Below are positions 16,450 through 30,651 of a DNA stretch of 64,000 bases, piece after piece. Source of the DNA: the human T2T-CHM13v2.0 reference genome, Homo sapiens; assembly GCF_009914755.1 (NCBI RefSeq), contig NC_060929.1; one strand, 5' to 3'. The translations under genes were made by a program, and so were the position numbers. A model generated the notes under the pieces. The model had not been told where the DNA came from, searched no databases, and saw only the letters and a program-made list of their open reading frames with translations. Each line of letters opens with the position of its first letter. Position 1 is the first letter of the stretch.

Positions 16450-16667
16450 GAAGCTGACGTTTGAACAACACAGGTTTGAACTGCATGGGTCCACTTATAA
16501 AAGGATTTTTTTCAATTAAATGCACATTGAAAAATACAGTATTTTTGGGATGTGGAACTTGCATATATGGAGGGCTGACTTTTCATATATTCAGGTTCTG
16601 CAGAGCTGACTGTCTGTTGCAAGGAGCTCCTGAAACCAATCCCTGTGCATAGGAATGGGTAACTGTA
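16450..16667 (+). mobile_element. Tigger-family MITE (MER2B/Tigger1-like)
   Basis: ttgaacaacacaggtttgaactgcatgggtccacttata; ends gggtaactg-ta. Confidence 0.7.
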
Positions 16668-17206
16668 TTGACACAGGTTACAACCGGGATGAAGCTTGAA
16701 AACATGATGCGAAATTAAATAAGCCAGTCACATAAAACCATAAATTGTATGCTTCTGCTTGTGTGAAAGGTCCAGGGCAGGTAAATCTATAGGGGCAGAA
16801 AGTAGATTAGTAGTTACCTAGGGCTGGTGGGAGAGAGGCAAGGACAATGACTGCTAATGGGTATGGACCTTCTTTTTGGGCAAATGGAAATGTTCTAAAA
16901 TTAGATCATGATGTTGGTTGCACAACTCTGTGAATATCCTAAAATCCACTTAATTTTACACTTTACATGGGTGAACTGTATGGTATATGAATTATATCTC
17001 AGTGAAGCTGTTAAAATATGGTATAGGAGAAAGTACCAGATGGACATGTCCTTTCAATAGAATAGTCAGCAAAGGAGAATATGAAGAAGTAATATGTAAA
17101 GTGAGTTCCTAAAGATGTTTAGGAATTAGCCAGGTGAAAAGTGAGAAGAATCTAACAGAGACAACAAGGTGGACAAAAGTAAGAAAGGTGTTTTTTATTA
17201 AAGGCT

Positions 17207-17430
17207 TGTGGTAGGCAGAATGCTGCGAAGGCCCCCACTATCTGCCCACTGACGTTCATGTGCTGAATAATCTCCTTCACTTGAGTGTGGGGGAGACCTG
17301 CCACTTGCTTCCAGCCAGTAGAATGTGGCACAGATGAACAGATTTTCCAGGTGTGATTCAAGTCCCTTGAGTATGTCTCAAGTGATTTGAATCAGTTAAT
17401 TTTGAGTCAGTCACAGTGAGATCATCCTAC
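17207..17430 (+). mobile_element. MLT1E/F-like LTR 5' part
   Basis: tgtggtaggcagaat...ggccccc...ttgagtgtgggggagacctg. Confidence 0.65.
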
Positions 17431-18359
17431 TATATCTCCTATTCAAAGTGTATTTATCCTTTAAGGTCTAGTTCAGGTTTCTTCCAAGAATCCGCATCAC
17501 CTAAAGCAGAAAGTCCCCTTGTCTGTGCCATGTATAATGTTACATCTTCTTTATTGGAGACTTTGTGTGCATGCATGTGTGTTTGTCTTTGTTCTGGTAC
17601 ATTCCAATCTCGTAGAGGCTCATCGCACATTGCACCTTTGTATTGCCTTTGTAGCTGGAATAGAGCCTTGCAGAAATTAAAATATGATTTAAAGGTGATT
17701 TAAGAATCATATGTTATAGGTTTGGAAGAAAAATGATTTCACTATACTTGTAAAGTTGCATTTATTCACTTCTTCAGGATCAAATGGGGTAACAGATATA
17801 ATCCTGTATTATAATTTACTTCTACATTTTTACTGACACTCAGTAAATACTTATAATAGGAGTTAATAGGAGTGAAAGAATGCCATAGTAGTCATAGGCA
17901 GAATGGTCTATGTATTTTTCCAAGTGTGCTAAATTCTCATATCCTTGAACAAGAAACATGTTTGAATTGCTTTTCATTTGGAAGACTACACTGTGTAAAA
18001 TAATTCATCACTTATGAACCTCCCACTGTAAATAATGAAACTATAAAACTGTATCTATCTTAATGTAATACGTATTTATTTTAAGAGTTCTCTCCAGTGC
18101 TCTCACAAGGCTTTATCAGTATTATGCTGACAAGGAAATTGTATAGCTTGTTACAAACACACTTAGGAAATTAGAATTGATTTTACCTCAAGGCCTTTGC
18201 AAACTCATTTTCCAAGAGCTACTATAATTTTGATTCTCCAAAGTAATTCAAGTAACTTTTTACCCACTTTCTCTTTTTGTTTTTTATCTTGTTCTTGTTC
18301 CTTTTTCTTTTCTTTCAAATTTTGAGTTTTTTTTGTTTGTTGCTTTTAAAAAATATGTA

Positions 18360-19042
18360 CAGCTGTCCTCCTTTATCCAGTGGGGGGATATGTTGCAAGA
18401 CCCCAGTGGATGTCTGAATCTGTGGATAGTACTGAGCCTCACTGCTGTCAGTCCAAACATGTTTTTTGTTACTGTCTTCTATCCACAAATTTAATACCTT
18501 TTCCATCTTAACTAAGCACGCTATCACACAGTGTGACCATAATGTGGACAGCAAAACTCTCGTACGTCTTTCTCCTTCTTCACAATTTCATGGATAGAAG
18601 ATTCGTTCTTACCATAGATCTTAGCAACCTTAGCATATTATTTTTAATTTTCTTATTAAGTTGAAACATTCACTTTTCACTTATAGGGAAGCACTTTTTG
18701 GCTTCTCTTTGGCATATCTGAATTGCCAGCATCACTACTCCTGGGCTTTGAGGCCACTGTGACACCAATACCAGGACAGTCAATCTGATAACTGAGATGG
18801 CTACTAAGTGCTTCATGGGTGGACAGCATCTATACTGTGGATAAGCTGAACAAAGGAAATCATTCTTGTCCTGGGAGGAACAGAGTGACACAGCATGAGA
18901 TTTCATAACGCTACTTAGAACAGTGTGCAAATTAAAGCTCAGAAATGGTTATTTCTGGAATTTTTTATTTAATATTTTTGGATCACCATGGGCCTCAACT
19001 GAAATCACTGAAAGTGAAACTGTGGATAAGGCAAGGATTACT
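18360..19042 (-). mobile_element. MER44/Tigger7-like DNA transposon
   Basis: TIR-like ends cagctgtcctcctttatcc and ggataaggcaaggattac; caagaccccagtggatgtctgaa. Confidence 0.8.
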
Positions 19043-19538
19043 ACATTAATTTTAAAGCTGAAAATTATGATATAGTTCCATATTTGTTAATATGCATAAA
19101 ATAATATTAACTGAAACACAGAGACACAGATTAAAGAATATGACACCAAAATGATAATAATGTTTTTATGTGAATGGTGTTTTTATCATATCATAAAATA
19201 TCATAATTTTAATTGTCATGCTGTATTTCTTTGCATGCTTGTGCATACTTTACTTAATCAGCTCCTATTGTAAGGACCATATTTCTGGTTTCAAAAGGAA
19301 CTCGTATCTTCCACCAACAGATGCTTCCATGAAATAATTTTGCAAGAAATGTTGAGCACTTAAGGATGCCACAGAACCCACCAAAGTAACCGGTGCAGAA
19401 TTCATACTACAACACTTTGATAAATAATCACATCTCTTTTATTTTGAAGAGAATGCAAGTTTATCTTAAACCTGGGGGAAAGTGTGTAATTTGTTCTAGA
19501 ATCTTTTGATTTGTCAAATCTATTTTCATGCATATCAC

Positions 19539-19959
19539 TGTGATGGTTAATTTTATGTGTCAAGTAGATTGGGCTGAGGCATGCCCACATATCTGGTAAA
19601 ACATTACTTCTGCATGCTTCTGTGAGAAAGATCTGTCCTCGCAAATGCGGGCAGGCATCCTCCAATCCACTGAGAAGCAGAGTAGAACAAAAAGGCAGAG
19701 GAAAGGTAAATTCTTTATCTCTCCTTGAGCTGGGACATCCATCTTCTGTCCACAGACATTGGAGCTCTTGATTCTCAGGCCATAGGACACTGAATTATAC
19801 CACTGGCTTTCCTGATTCTCCAGCTTGCAGACAGCAAATAGTGGGACTTCTTGGCCTTTCTAATCACATGAGCCAATTCCTATAATTATATATCTCTTTA
19901 TTTATATATTTCTATATGTCCTATTTGCTCTGCTTATCTGGAGAATCCTGACTAACACA
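19539..19959 (+). mobile_element. MLT2 (ERVL) LTR
   Basis: tgtgatggttaattttatgtgtcaa...ctggagaatcctgactaacaca. Confidence 0.85.
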
Positions 19960-21829
19960 GCCAACTATCCCTAGGTAGTTTCTGAGAATCAAGTTTAATG
20001 CTATTGAATGGTTTGAAAAGATAGTTTTTTTAATAGATACTTGTCTTTTTTTATTTTTTTTATTTTTATTTTTTACTTGAGTACACGCCACAGTGATCAA
20101 CTTGAAGGCTCAAAGCTCTTGGGAATACATAGGCCTACGGAATGTTTATTATTGATGGAGAGTTTTGATAATGCAGTATTCTGGAGTAGTTGAACTAAAG
20201 TTAATGTGGACCTCCTTCGAGAGAGGCCAAAAGTTAGGAAAGGGAGGAAAACAGGAAAGATGTGGATTTTACTATCACGTATGAGTTACTGAATTAAATT
20301 TTGATATAAATAGCTCTTCAAAGTTGTAGGGATAGCTAAGAAGAATATTTTTATTTTTTATTTCATCAGGGCTATAGAAATAAATGAAACTATGTCTTTG
20401 TGCAAACTACAAAGCACAAAAACTCTAAAAACATCCAAAAAAGGTGACTTTCATTGAAATAAAATCTACAGAAATTAATGTTTTAATTTGGACATTGACA
20501 AATTAAAGGCAGCAGTGCCTCACAGGCACATTGATTTCTTTAGATCTTTCTTTTCTTGCATTAAAATAATCACACATAAAATGATTGTAGGATAATAAAT
20601 AATGAACTACTTTGAAATAAAAGGAAAACTTTTATCTTTGAATTAATATTTTCTCAATTCTCTAATGCCAAGAATATTTGAATGTTGAATAGAATCTTAA
20701 AACAAATTGTCATAAAAAAAGCAATAAGACACATTACTGCTCTTAAGAGTATGTGAAACAAGCTAGGAGCAGGGAAATAAATCAATGTTATTGATTTTTT
20801 TCAACTAATTATTACTGTGTTTATTTAAATTCAGATAAGGGTATTATAGAACATACCTCACAGAAAATTGTTCAATGCTATTATTTTGCTTTTGTTTAAA
20901 TTTTATGAACAATCATCACAAATTGGAAAATCCTGTCTGATGCCATTTAATGATGGTGATGAACATATTTTACATGTTTCAGTTTTGAATTATTTGTGTT
21001 TAGTCCATAAAGATCTCACATTGTTGCTAAGGCACAATTTATTGTGATAGCAACTATTCCCTAACCAAAACTTTGAATATTTTGACAGTAGGCAGTCTTA
21101 TAATTTAATGCAAATGATACATTAAAAATGAACAGGATAATTCAGACAACTGTGGAAGTTTTCAATATCTAGAAATTTGACAGCATATGGATAGGATGCT
21201 CAGATAATTATTTTTTTATGTTCTTATGGGTTTTTTAAATGTTGAGATAACAATTAGGTATAAAGTTATATTTCCTCTCCCCAAAAAGTAAATGCCCTTT
21301 TAGTTGATGGGTTTGCTTTAGATAATGATACCTCATAAACATGATATATTTGCATAAGATATTAAGGTTCAGACAATTAAAGGCACCTGAACTATGCACT
21401 GGGCTCACAAAATGATTTGTAAAACTATAAAAATAGAAGAGGCAAAAGAAGAGTTATAAATAAACCGAATTTCCAAATTCATCACTAGGATCAATCAGCC
21501 TGTCATTTTTCCTGGATATGTTTAGGCCAAACAGATATGAAATGGTGGGATTAGACTGAAAAATGTTCTCTTTTAATCCTAAAAACACATATATCAGTTA
21601 AATAATTTAGTTATGACCATTACATCATTAGCTTCAGGGAATTGTTATTTTTTGTTCCAGTCCTATTCTAGTCTGAGTTACACAATTATTGTACTGTGTT
21701 GAAGCAATTTTAATTTCAACAAGTGTATGTAAAAGTTTTGTTTTAGACTTAAATATAATCTTTATTTTGCATTGCATATGATAGTGGGTGGAGGGAAGCT
21801 ATGAAATAATATATTAAGCAAACCCAATT

Positions 21830-22110
21830 TCAGTTTGTGATAAGAAGATGTGAACTGCAGCCAGAAGCTTGGACTTCTAGCTTAAAGTCTGCCTCATTCT
21901 ACTTGTGTGGCTATGGAAATCATGTACCCTCACATGTTTCTGTTACTTCATCTATCAGAGGGAAATAATATTACCTACCCACTCATAGATTACAAATTGC
22001 TTGAGGGCAGAGACGATTTTATCTTGAAGAATTTTTCCTTAGCACCTTTTACAGTGCTGAGCACTGGTAAGTATGAAAACAATTGGTTAAGCATTTAATA
22101 CATAAATAAA
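21830..22110 (+). mobile_element. MIR fragment followed by L2 3' end
   Basis: tctgcctcattctacttgtgtggct...; gattacaaattgcttgagggcagagac...acagtgctgagcac. Confidence 0.55.
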
Positions 22111-22275
22111 ACTGAGGTACTAGGTATATAAATTACTTTAAAATATAAGTATTAAATAATGATAATATTATCAAAAGTCATGTATATATATTACAGAGAT
22201 AGTTATCAAATAAGTTTGATTCCTTGGATGAAATTTGAGAAGTTAGCAGTATGATTTAGCAGAAATATCACTGTA

Positions 22276-22556
22276 CAGTCATACCTCAGTATCCATGGGA
22301 GATTGGTTCCAGAACCCCATGGGTACCAAAATCCAAGGATGCTCAAATCCCTTATATAAAATGGTGTAGTATTTGCATATAACCTGTGCACATCCTCCTG
22401 TATACTTTAAATCATCTCTAAATCACTTATAATACCTAGTATAAACGCTATGTAAATGTTTGATATGCTGTATTGTTTTTAAATTTGTATTTTTTATTGT
22501 TGTGGTTTTTAAAACTTTTTTTCAAATATTTTCAATCAGCTGTTGGTTGAAGCTGA
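22276..22556 (+). mobile_element. MER2 (Tigger) element, 3'-truncated
   Basis: ta-cagtcatacctcagtatccatgggagattggttccag...ggatgctcaaatcccttatataaaatgg. Confidence 0.85.
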
Positions 22557-23679
22557 GTTTCCTGGATGAACATATTCTACAATGCATTATAATTTATCTT
22601 TGTCATTTTATGGGAGAGTAAATGATTTTTCCATAATTCTGGAGCTCCTAATACCCATGTCTCCTGCTTCCTTCTCCAAGCTCTCCCTTCCCTTACTTGG
22701 CCAAGACCCTAATGAGAATAACTGGATGTCTTCTTCTTTTGGAGCTTGAGTTAGGTGCTCACTAGAATTTCTTAGTATTATGGTTAACAGAAAATTTAAA
22801 GAGAAAAAAATCTCTTTCTTTGTTGGTTTTTACTTATTCATATCTCTAGTAAATTAAACCAAGATTTAACTCAATACATGGATGGATGGATGCTTGTTTT
22901 CATCTTGCTAGTACACTATTTCTCCATAAACAAATGAACAACAAAACAACTCCATGATACATTTAAAGTAAGAAATAGAACATTTGATTCTGATTAAATG
23001 ACTTTCCAACAGATTTGTTAGTTTCTCAGGTTTGGACCCACCCTGATCTTTTCACAAGGGCCTTGGTTTTCTGAGAAATACATGTTGTGTACTGATGTAT
23101 ATTTTAGTGAGGTGGTAGGAGGCTTACTTATTATTTTCTGTTTTCTCATTTATTTGTGCAGCTGGGAAGGCAATAAATGGAAAGGTGAGTCAGAATGACA
23201 GGGCCTTAATCACTGTTAAATCTTACTTGGTGACATTAAGCAAGAAGCTCTCTAGGCTGGTTTTATTACCTATTCTGAACCTCAATTTGGGGTCCCCAAG
23301 CCTCTTTGACTTCTTTAGGACATAAGGAGAATCTGAACACTTTATTACATTTTAAATAAAGCTTAATTGAGGTCAGTTATGCCTCCCTCTATTAGGACAC
23401 ATGGTCTGAAATAAAATGTTCTTTACTTTTTATGACAATAATAGCAGCTTAATGTAGGCCCACAAGTTGTCTCATGCTGAGGAACTATTCTGATTGAAAG
23501 CCATTATATGCATTAACTTATTTAGTTAATAAATATAGTTTGTTAATAATTACAAAACAATCTTTTAAAGTGAAAGGCTTTAGGAGAAAAAAGGAAGTAC
23601 TATATTTCTGGTGGGATAAAAGATGAGAACCCTTGCACTAGATCATTTCTAGAGTGTTTCCAGCTCTAGGATTCTAAGC

Positions 23680-23902
23680 TAGGGATTGGTGAACTTTTTC
23701 TGTAAGGGTCAGATAGTAAGCATTTTAGATTCTGTGGGTCAAATTGGCTCTGTCACAACTGTTCAGTTTTGCTGTTGTAGTGTGAAGGCAGCCACAGAGA
23801 ATATGTACATGCATGGGTTTGTTTGTGTTCTAATAAAACTTTATTTACAAGAACAAGTAGTAGGCCAAAATTGGACAGCAGATTACAGTTTATTGACCCC
23901 TG
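23680..23902 (+). mobile_element. MER58A (hAT-Charlie)
   Basis: agggattggtgaactttttctgtaagggtcagatagtaa...tttattgacccctg. Confidence 0.85.
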
Positions 23903-24319
23903 TTTTTGGTGATCCCTGAAATTCTGGGATTGTTTACTCATCAAGCAAAGGAATGTAGAGACAGAAGGAAAGATAAACAGGAAGAAGTCCGTTTTGTGTC
24001 TGTTAAAAGCTTATGTGTCCACTTCCTATTCCAGGTACAGAGATAATAAAATGACTCACTATCAATCATATTTTAAGGTTTTTATAAAATATTTTAAATA
24101 ATTGAGGTTCTCATGTTATTCTATTTGTCATAAAGTCAAGCCTAGATTCATACTGGCCGTTGTTGAGGATACCGGTTGGGTACAGAATGAGTCATGGCAG
24201 CTTTATTCCAAAGAGCATGTTGCAGGGCTCCAAGCTCAGCTGTCCTTTTGAGATTCCTAACTGAGGCAAGTAGAAGACTCAGTACTATGGAGAGAATGTC
24301 CCAGAAGACTGTTTTTGCT

Positions 24320-24792
24320 TTCTATGGCAGAAGCTCCTAGTTGTGACTAAATATGTAGGTTCTCTTTCTTCATGTTTATCCGAACTTCTCATTTGCCACT
24401 GCAATCCCGGCCACCTGGATTACATATTTATTTTCTGGTCTTTTGCAGCTAGTTATGGTTCTGTGTCTAAACTTTGGCCAGTGGGATTTGAAGAGAAGTG
24501 TTATGTATAAGTTTAGAGAAGTGTTCTGGAAGGGGGGTGGGGTGCTTTTCTTTTCTCCTTCTTCCTATTGGTTGAAATGTGACATGATGGCTGGAGTTCC
24601 AGCAGCTACACTGGACCACGAGGAGAAAGCCACATGTTGAGGATGACAGAGTTGCAAGGTGACAGGAGCCAGCATCCCTGGTGATTAGTGAAGCTCAAGC
24701 CTTCTTTTAAGTGAAAGAAAAAACAGTGTCTAGTTTTAAAAAATCATTATTTTAGATTTTCTTGCTTTAGAACAGAATTCTAACAGAAACAT
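24320..24792 (+). mobile_element. MLT1J/I-like LTR
   Basis: tgatggctggagttccagcagctacactggaccacgagg...aacagaattctaac. Confidence 0.65.
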
Positions 24793-25579
24793 CCACTTTC
24801 CCTCAAAAAAAAAAAAAAGTCAGTTGAGGCTTCACTTTAGAAATTAACATTCATCTGGACCTGGAGAAGCCCCTACATCTGTTCTGATTTGCATAGCACT
24901 AGAAGTTTTGGTTCAGTTCTAAGTCATTAGAATAGGTCAGGGACTTTTCAGCAGTCAGCCTTGTGACTGGGGATAGAGGCAGGACGAAGAAGAGACTGGT
25001 CTACTTCAGCATGTGTCTCAGTGGCATTAACTTATTTCATGACATCTAGAGGGTTAGGCTGGATTGGGATAAAATATGTGAAGTAAGGCCTTTGCATTCT
25101 CCTTGTGCAGACATTTATCCAGCCACAGGGTTTTAAAAGAAGGTCAAGCCATCCCTTCTATGGATTCTGTGAGATTTCTTCCTCAGTTTGCTTGATATCT
25201 TAGTTTTTCCCAGTTTTAATAAATATCTTCTTTGGTATGCAAATGTTGGTATTTTTTCCCTGAAGAAGCTCTCAATTTCCTGATGCTTTAGTCCAATAAT
25301 TACACATAGTGGGCAGGCCATTAAAAACATATGGGTCAACATCCTGCTGTCTATTTCTGTTGGTATCACAAATGGACTGCTCTTCTTTATTAATTCAACA
25401 AATATTTATTGAGTACTACATGTTAGTGCCTGATGTTGTAGCAATAAAATGGTAGACAACACAAAATAAATTTCATTGATTCATGCCTTTTATACTTTTT
25501 TTGTGAGAAAAATGCTTTTTTTCCTCATTTTTTAATTTGAACTCTTGACTCATGATGTTTTCTATCTTTCTTGTTTTTC

Positions 25580-26328
25580 TATAGTCCATGGTTTTGGTGT
25601 GCTATGCAAACAAAGAGGATTTTTCACTTCTAATGGGATCCCCATTAAAAATATACCCCAAGTGTACGGGCTTCTTTCTGTTACTTTGTTGCCCTCACAA
25701 GTTGCTATTAGTAAAATTGAAGCTTTTTATAAAACTGAAACTGAATATCAAGAAAATGCTCTACCCGACTTCCATTTTCAATTAATAAGTAATACGGTAT
25801 GCAATCTAAAGAATTCCATAAGATTGATTCCAATCAAATAACCACCTATGATAATTTATTCAATAATTGATGCTGTGCACCTGAATTAGAAAAGAAAAGA
25901 AAATTGACACTTAAAAGATTCAAATTTAACACTAAATGTGAACTCACTGAGAGCCCAGATGGACACCTTGTCATCACTGAGTCTTCAAAATAGCCACTAT
26001 TAAAAGATCTACACTACATAACTCACCATAATATAGTCAAAATGGTCCAGATTATGAAAAAGTATGGGGGTTATTGTTCTAAAGTTGCAAAAAAGGTTTA
26101 TAACTAGTGTCTGATTTGTCATATTCCTAATTTGAGAAAAGCCATTAAGGTTCCAGGTGGTACATGTTTAGTATCTGCAAGATCATTTTCACCCCTACAA
26201 ATAAACTTCATTTATCTGCTATCCTCCATGGCTTATCAGTATGTTATGTAACTGTATGCCTGTTCTCAGGATAGATTGGAGCCTTTCCATGCAGGAAGGT
26301 TGATGCCACAACAGTGGCAAATTATCTG

Positions 26329-26369
<41 letters not shown>

Positions 26370-27110
26370 ATCTATCTATCCATCTGTATATACTAGAAAA
26401 TGTATTTCCTTCATGAAGTGTCCTTGGAGAGATTTCCAATGATAGGAGAACTCATTTTACTGGACAAATTATTAAACAATTAAATAAAGTTTTACAAACA
26501 AGATGACATTCTCATTGTCTTTACCATCCTAGTCTTCTGTAAAGGTTGAATGGACAAATGGTATCCTAAAACTAAATTTGGCTATATTAACGGAATTCAT
26601 TGGATTGCCGTCACCAAAAGTTTTACCACTGACTTTAATGATAATTAAATCTACCCCTACTGCAATGCGCAAGCTGACACCTTTATAAAATAGTAACTGG
26701 AATACCTGTGCCCTTCATGATAAAACCTCATGTATTTCTTATATTTGTAATCGCTGACATGACTCAATATTGTGAGGCTTTGATACATTATGCCAATGCA
26801 TATTTTCATTAGGTTAAATAAGCTTCTGTGACTCACTGATTCATGATCAGATTTTCCACCATCTAGAACCTGGAGACTGGGTCTTTTGGAAACGATATCA
26901 AAGAAAGACTACCCTTGAACCTTGTTGAAAGGGAACATACTAAGTTTTTCTCATAATTCACACTCCAGCAAAACTTCAAGGCCTTGAATCTTAGATCTAT
27001 GTCTCTCAACTGGAGGGGGGCCCCCTCAATTTATGGAACTACATGCCAGTTGGTAATCTAAAGATAAAGCTGACCAGAAAGATCTTTCTCCAGAAGCAGA
27101 TGACATCTTA
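25580..27110 (+). pseudogene. Decayed ERV1 pol (RNase H plus integrase)
   Basis: Translations VHGFGVLCKQRGFFTSNGIPIKN...ENALPDF (RNase H), PLQINFI, AFPCRKVDATTVA, EISNDRRTHFTGQII, KVEWTNGILK, HLEPGDWVFWKRYQRKTTLEP (integrase); multiple stops and frameshifts. Confidence 0.9.
26322..26388. repeat. (TATC/GATA)n tetranucleotide STR inside the integrase
   Basis: tatctgtctatctatctatctatc... about 16 units with interruptions. Confidence 0.95.
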
Positions 27111-27177
27111 AATGTAAACAGCTTTCCCAAGAACCTCCTCTCTCCATCATGAACCCCCTATTTCTTTTCCTCTCCTA

Positions 27178-27563
<386 letters not shown>

Positions 27564-28159
27564 CTAACAGTCAATAATAGCTTTCACAGAAAATTTAACT
27601 GAATGCTGGATTTACACACTAAGCCAAAATCTTTGCATGACTTTAGAGATCCTTTCCTCCACATTGTAACTGAAATAACTAGAATCCCAAATGCAACCAT
27701 CTGTTTAGATTGCACAGCTGGTTTCTTCTTTAGTTAAGCTTCTGGACCCATTTATTTTTAACCCTTGTTTTAATATAACCCCAATAATGGATTGGGCTGA
27801 CCAGGTCTGCTCATATTGGAAGAATGTTATGATATATACATATGAACATAAATAGATATATCTGCAAGAATGCCTATGTACCTATGTCTTTTGACAGGCT
27901 TTCAGTATATAATAACTTAACATCAGTCTCTTGGTTAAACTAGAAACTGCCAATGCCTCTATTCCAACTAATGGTTGTATAAAAGAAATCACCCAAGGTA
28001 GAGGCTTATGCCCACCCCCTGGGTATATCTTTATCTCTTGAGAATTTACCTCTCAGCCATATATTTGGACCACCCTATGTCTTTACAGATGGAGAATTAA
28101 AGGCCAATGAAACCTAGACATTTTATTCATTCATCTATTTGTTCTTGCTGAGTAAATAA

Positions 28160-28930
28160 TTTTATTTTTTTTCAGCTTTTATTTTAGGTTCAGTGGGTAT
28201 ATGTGCAGGTTTGTTACATGGGTAAATAGCATGTCATTGAGGTTTGGTGCACAAATGATTCCATCACCCAGGTAATGAGCACAATACCTAGTAGTTTTTC
28301 AACCCATTCCTCCCTCCAACATCCCATATTAGTCCCTAATATCTACCGTTGTCATTTTTATGTCCATGTTTACCCAATATTCAGCTCCTCCTTATAAGTG
28401 AGAACATGTGACATTTGGTGTTTTGTTCCTGCATTAATTTGCTTAGGATAATGGCCTGCAGCTGCATCCATGTTGTTGCAAAGGACATGGTCTTGCTCTT
28501 TTTTATATCTGTATAGTATTCCATGGTGTATATGTACCACATTTTCTTTATCTGGTACACTGTTGATGGGCACCTAGGTTCATTCCATGTGTTTGCTATT
28601 GTGAATAGTGCTGCAATGAACATATAAGTGCATGTGTCTTGTCTGTAGAATAATTATTTTCCATTAAGTATATATCCAGTAGTGATATTGAAGAAACTAT
28701 CAGCAGAGTAAACAGACAACCTACAGAATGGGAGAAAATATTCACAAACTATGCATCTGACAAAGGTCTGATTTCCAGAATCTATAAGAAACAAACAATT
28801 CAACAAGCAAAAATCAAACAACCCCATTAAAAAATGGGCAAAGGACGTGAACAGACACTTCTCAAAAGAAGACATCCATGTGGTCAACAGATACATTAAA
28901 AAATGCTCAACATCACTAATCATTAGAAAT
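28160..28930 (-). mobile_element. L1PA (old primate) with 5' inversion
   Basis: 28160-28690 is minus-strand 3'UTR/ORF2 end (ORF MFIAALFTIA..WN.PRCPS); 28691-28930 is plus-strand ORF2 (gagtaaacagacaacctacagaatgggag). Confidence 0.88.
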
Positions 28931-29021
28931 TTTAATAGTGCATTGTTTCTCCCTATCCAATCAGAAGCTAAACATTGGTCTACCCCTCTAAATATATTAT
29001 AGATTAAGCAAAAACATACCA

Positions 29022-29346
29022 GCAGATGTATAGAGAGGTCAAGAAGAATCTGGACAGGCCTTGATAGATTTTTTCACTCAGTCTATTACTGTTAGCTCGT
29101 ACATTTTTTTTGTTTGTTTGTTTAACCATATTTCTACATGACTGTCCCTACTTCAGTGAATGGAAGCATAAAATCAGATAGTTTCCCCTGTATCTTTGAG
29201 TCTTCATTCTGAAGGCTCCCATGTCATGAAAAACTGATGAATTAAATTTGTTATGCTTTTCTCTTGTTAATCTGCCTTTTGTTATAGGGGTGTTGGCCAA
29301 GACCCTTAAGATGGGGAGGAAAGGAATCACCCCCTCTCCACCCCAA
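29022..29346 (+). mobile_element. MER34/MER39-like ERV1 LTR, 3' portion
   Basis: gaatctggacaggccttg...tcttcattctgaaggctcccatgtcatgaaaaact...ttctcttgttaatctgcc. Confidence 0.65.
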
Positions 29347-29471
29347 TATGACAATGCTGCATCACAGCACTCTGAATCTTTTTTTGATTCAAAGTACTAT
29401 CCAATTTATGAATTGTTCTTTGCTCAAATAAACTTTATTAAATTTATTTTGCCTAAAGATTTTTTTCAATA
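29347..29471 (+). mobile_element. LTR37-like LTR 3' end
   Basis: gaattgttctttgctcaaataaactttattaaatttattttgcctaaag. Confidence 0.5.
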
Positions 29472-29479
29472 GTATTCTA

Positions 29480-29965
29480 CTATGAAAATCTTTTCCATGG
29501 TTCTTCATCACCTACAAGATGAAGTTCAAACTCTTTACCTGTGAATATCTCATCCTTCATGAATTGAACCTATTTACCTCTCCAACGTTATCGTCCACCA
29601 CTTCCTTGCCTGTCCTTTATAATCCTGAAGTTCTACACTGTTTTAAATGCTACATACATCTAATAATGTTTTTCAAGTCTATATTTTGACCATGCTATTA
29701 TTTTTCCTGGGATCCCCTCCTTACTTCACCCCTGCATAGGAAGTACCTGGATATTTTACAAGGCAGCTCAGATACTATCTCTTTTATGATGACATCCCTA
29801 ACATATTCTTCCTGTATGGGGCCCAGAATCTTGAGCATGTTTCCATATCTGCATTTATAATAAATTACCTACTTATGTGTCTTTCTTTTCCTTTGAAATG
29901 TAAGCTTTCTATGAGCAAAATACTGCTTTCCTCTTTATTCAATATATTTGACCAAACTTGTTTAT
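29480..29965 (+). mobile_element. L2 fragment
   Basis: ttccatggttcttcatcacctacaagatgaagttcaaactc...aatgtaagctttctatgagc. Confidence 0.6.
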
Positions 29966-30651
29966 TATTTGCTGATTTTGAGTGCTGAACTCTTTTGGTG
30001 TTTTCTCCTTTATGGCAGTCACCTTGTCTTGGGTCTGGAAGAAAGCAAAATCTCAAGAACAAATGTTGAACTATAATGAGACTAACTTTTCCCTCTTAAC
30101 TTAGGCCCTTGTGTTCTTTAACCAAATTTGAGTGTTTTGTCCCTCTTTCTTGTGATAAGCCTTTTTAAAAAGAGTCTTCTATTGATTAAAAAAAATTATT
30201 TGTGACTTATCTGCACTCTATACTTCAGATGCCCTCCTATGGCAAGAAAAATAAAAGAAACATGGGTCTCACAGGGCTTGAGGTGTCCCAACCTACACGG
30301 AGCCAAAGAACAGATACCGGAAGTTGTATTAGGTACTATATAGATTAGGCACTACACATTTCAGTTCTTGTTTTAACTTCTGTCTTAATGGGACAAAAGG
30401 AGCACACAATTCTTTATCCTTATAGGGAAAGCCAGTTAAGCTTGAGAGATGTGACTATATAATTTACAACAGAGAAGATGGATCTCAGAACAAACCTAAA
30501 GTTATTGTACAGTTTCCAAAACATAAAGACAATGTAAGATCAAGTGGAAAGAGTGTGGGTTTAGAGTCAGATAGAAATGAATTTAAATCTATTATTCTTA
30601 TATTTTATCAATTCATCCTAACATTCTTTCAACAAGTAATGATTGTGCATT

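Noticed and set aside
25545-25841. 98-aa ORF with RNase H similarity as a functional gene
   Set aside because: A short open stretch of a decayed pol with degenerate motifs and a non-ATG start.
28370-28923. ORFs resembling L1 ORF2 C-terminus
   Set aside because: Fragments of a truncated, inverted L1; cannot encode functional ORF2p.
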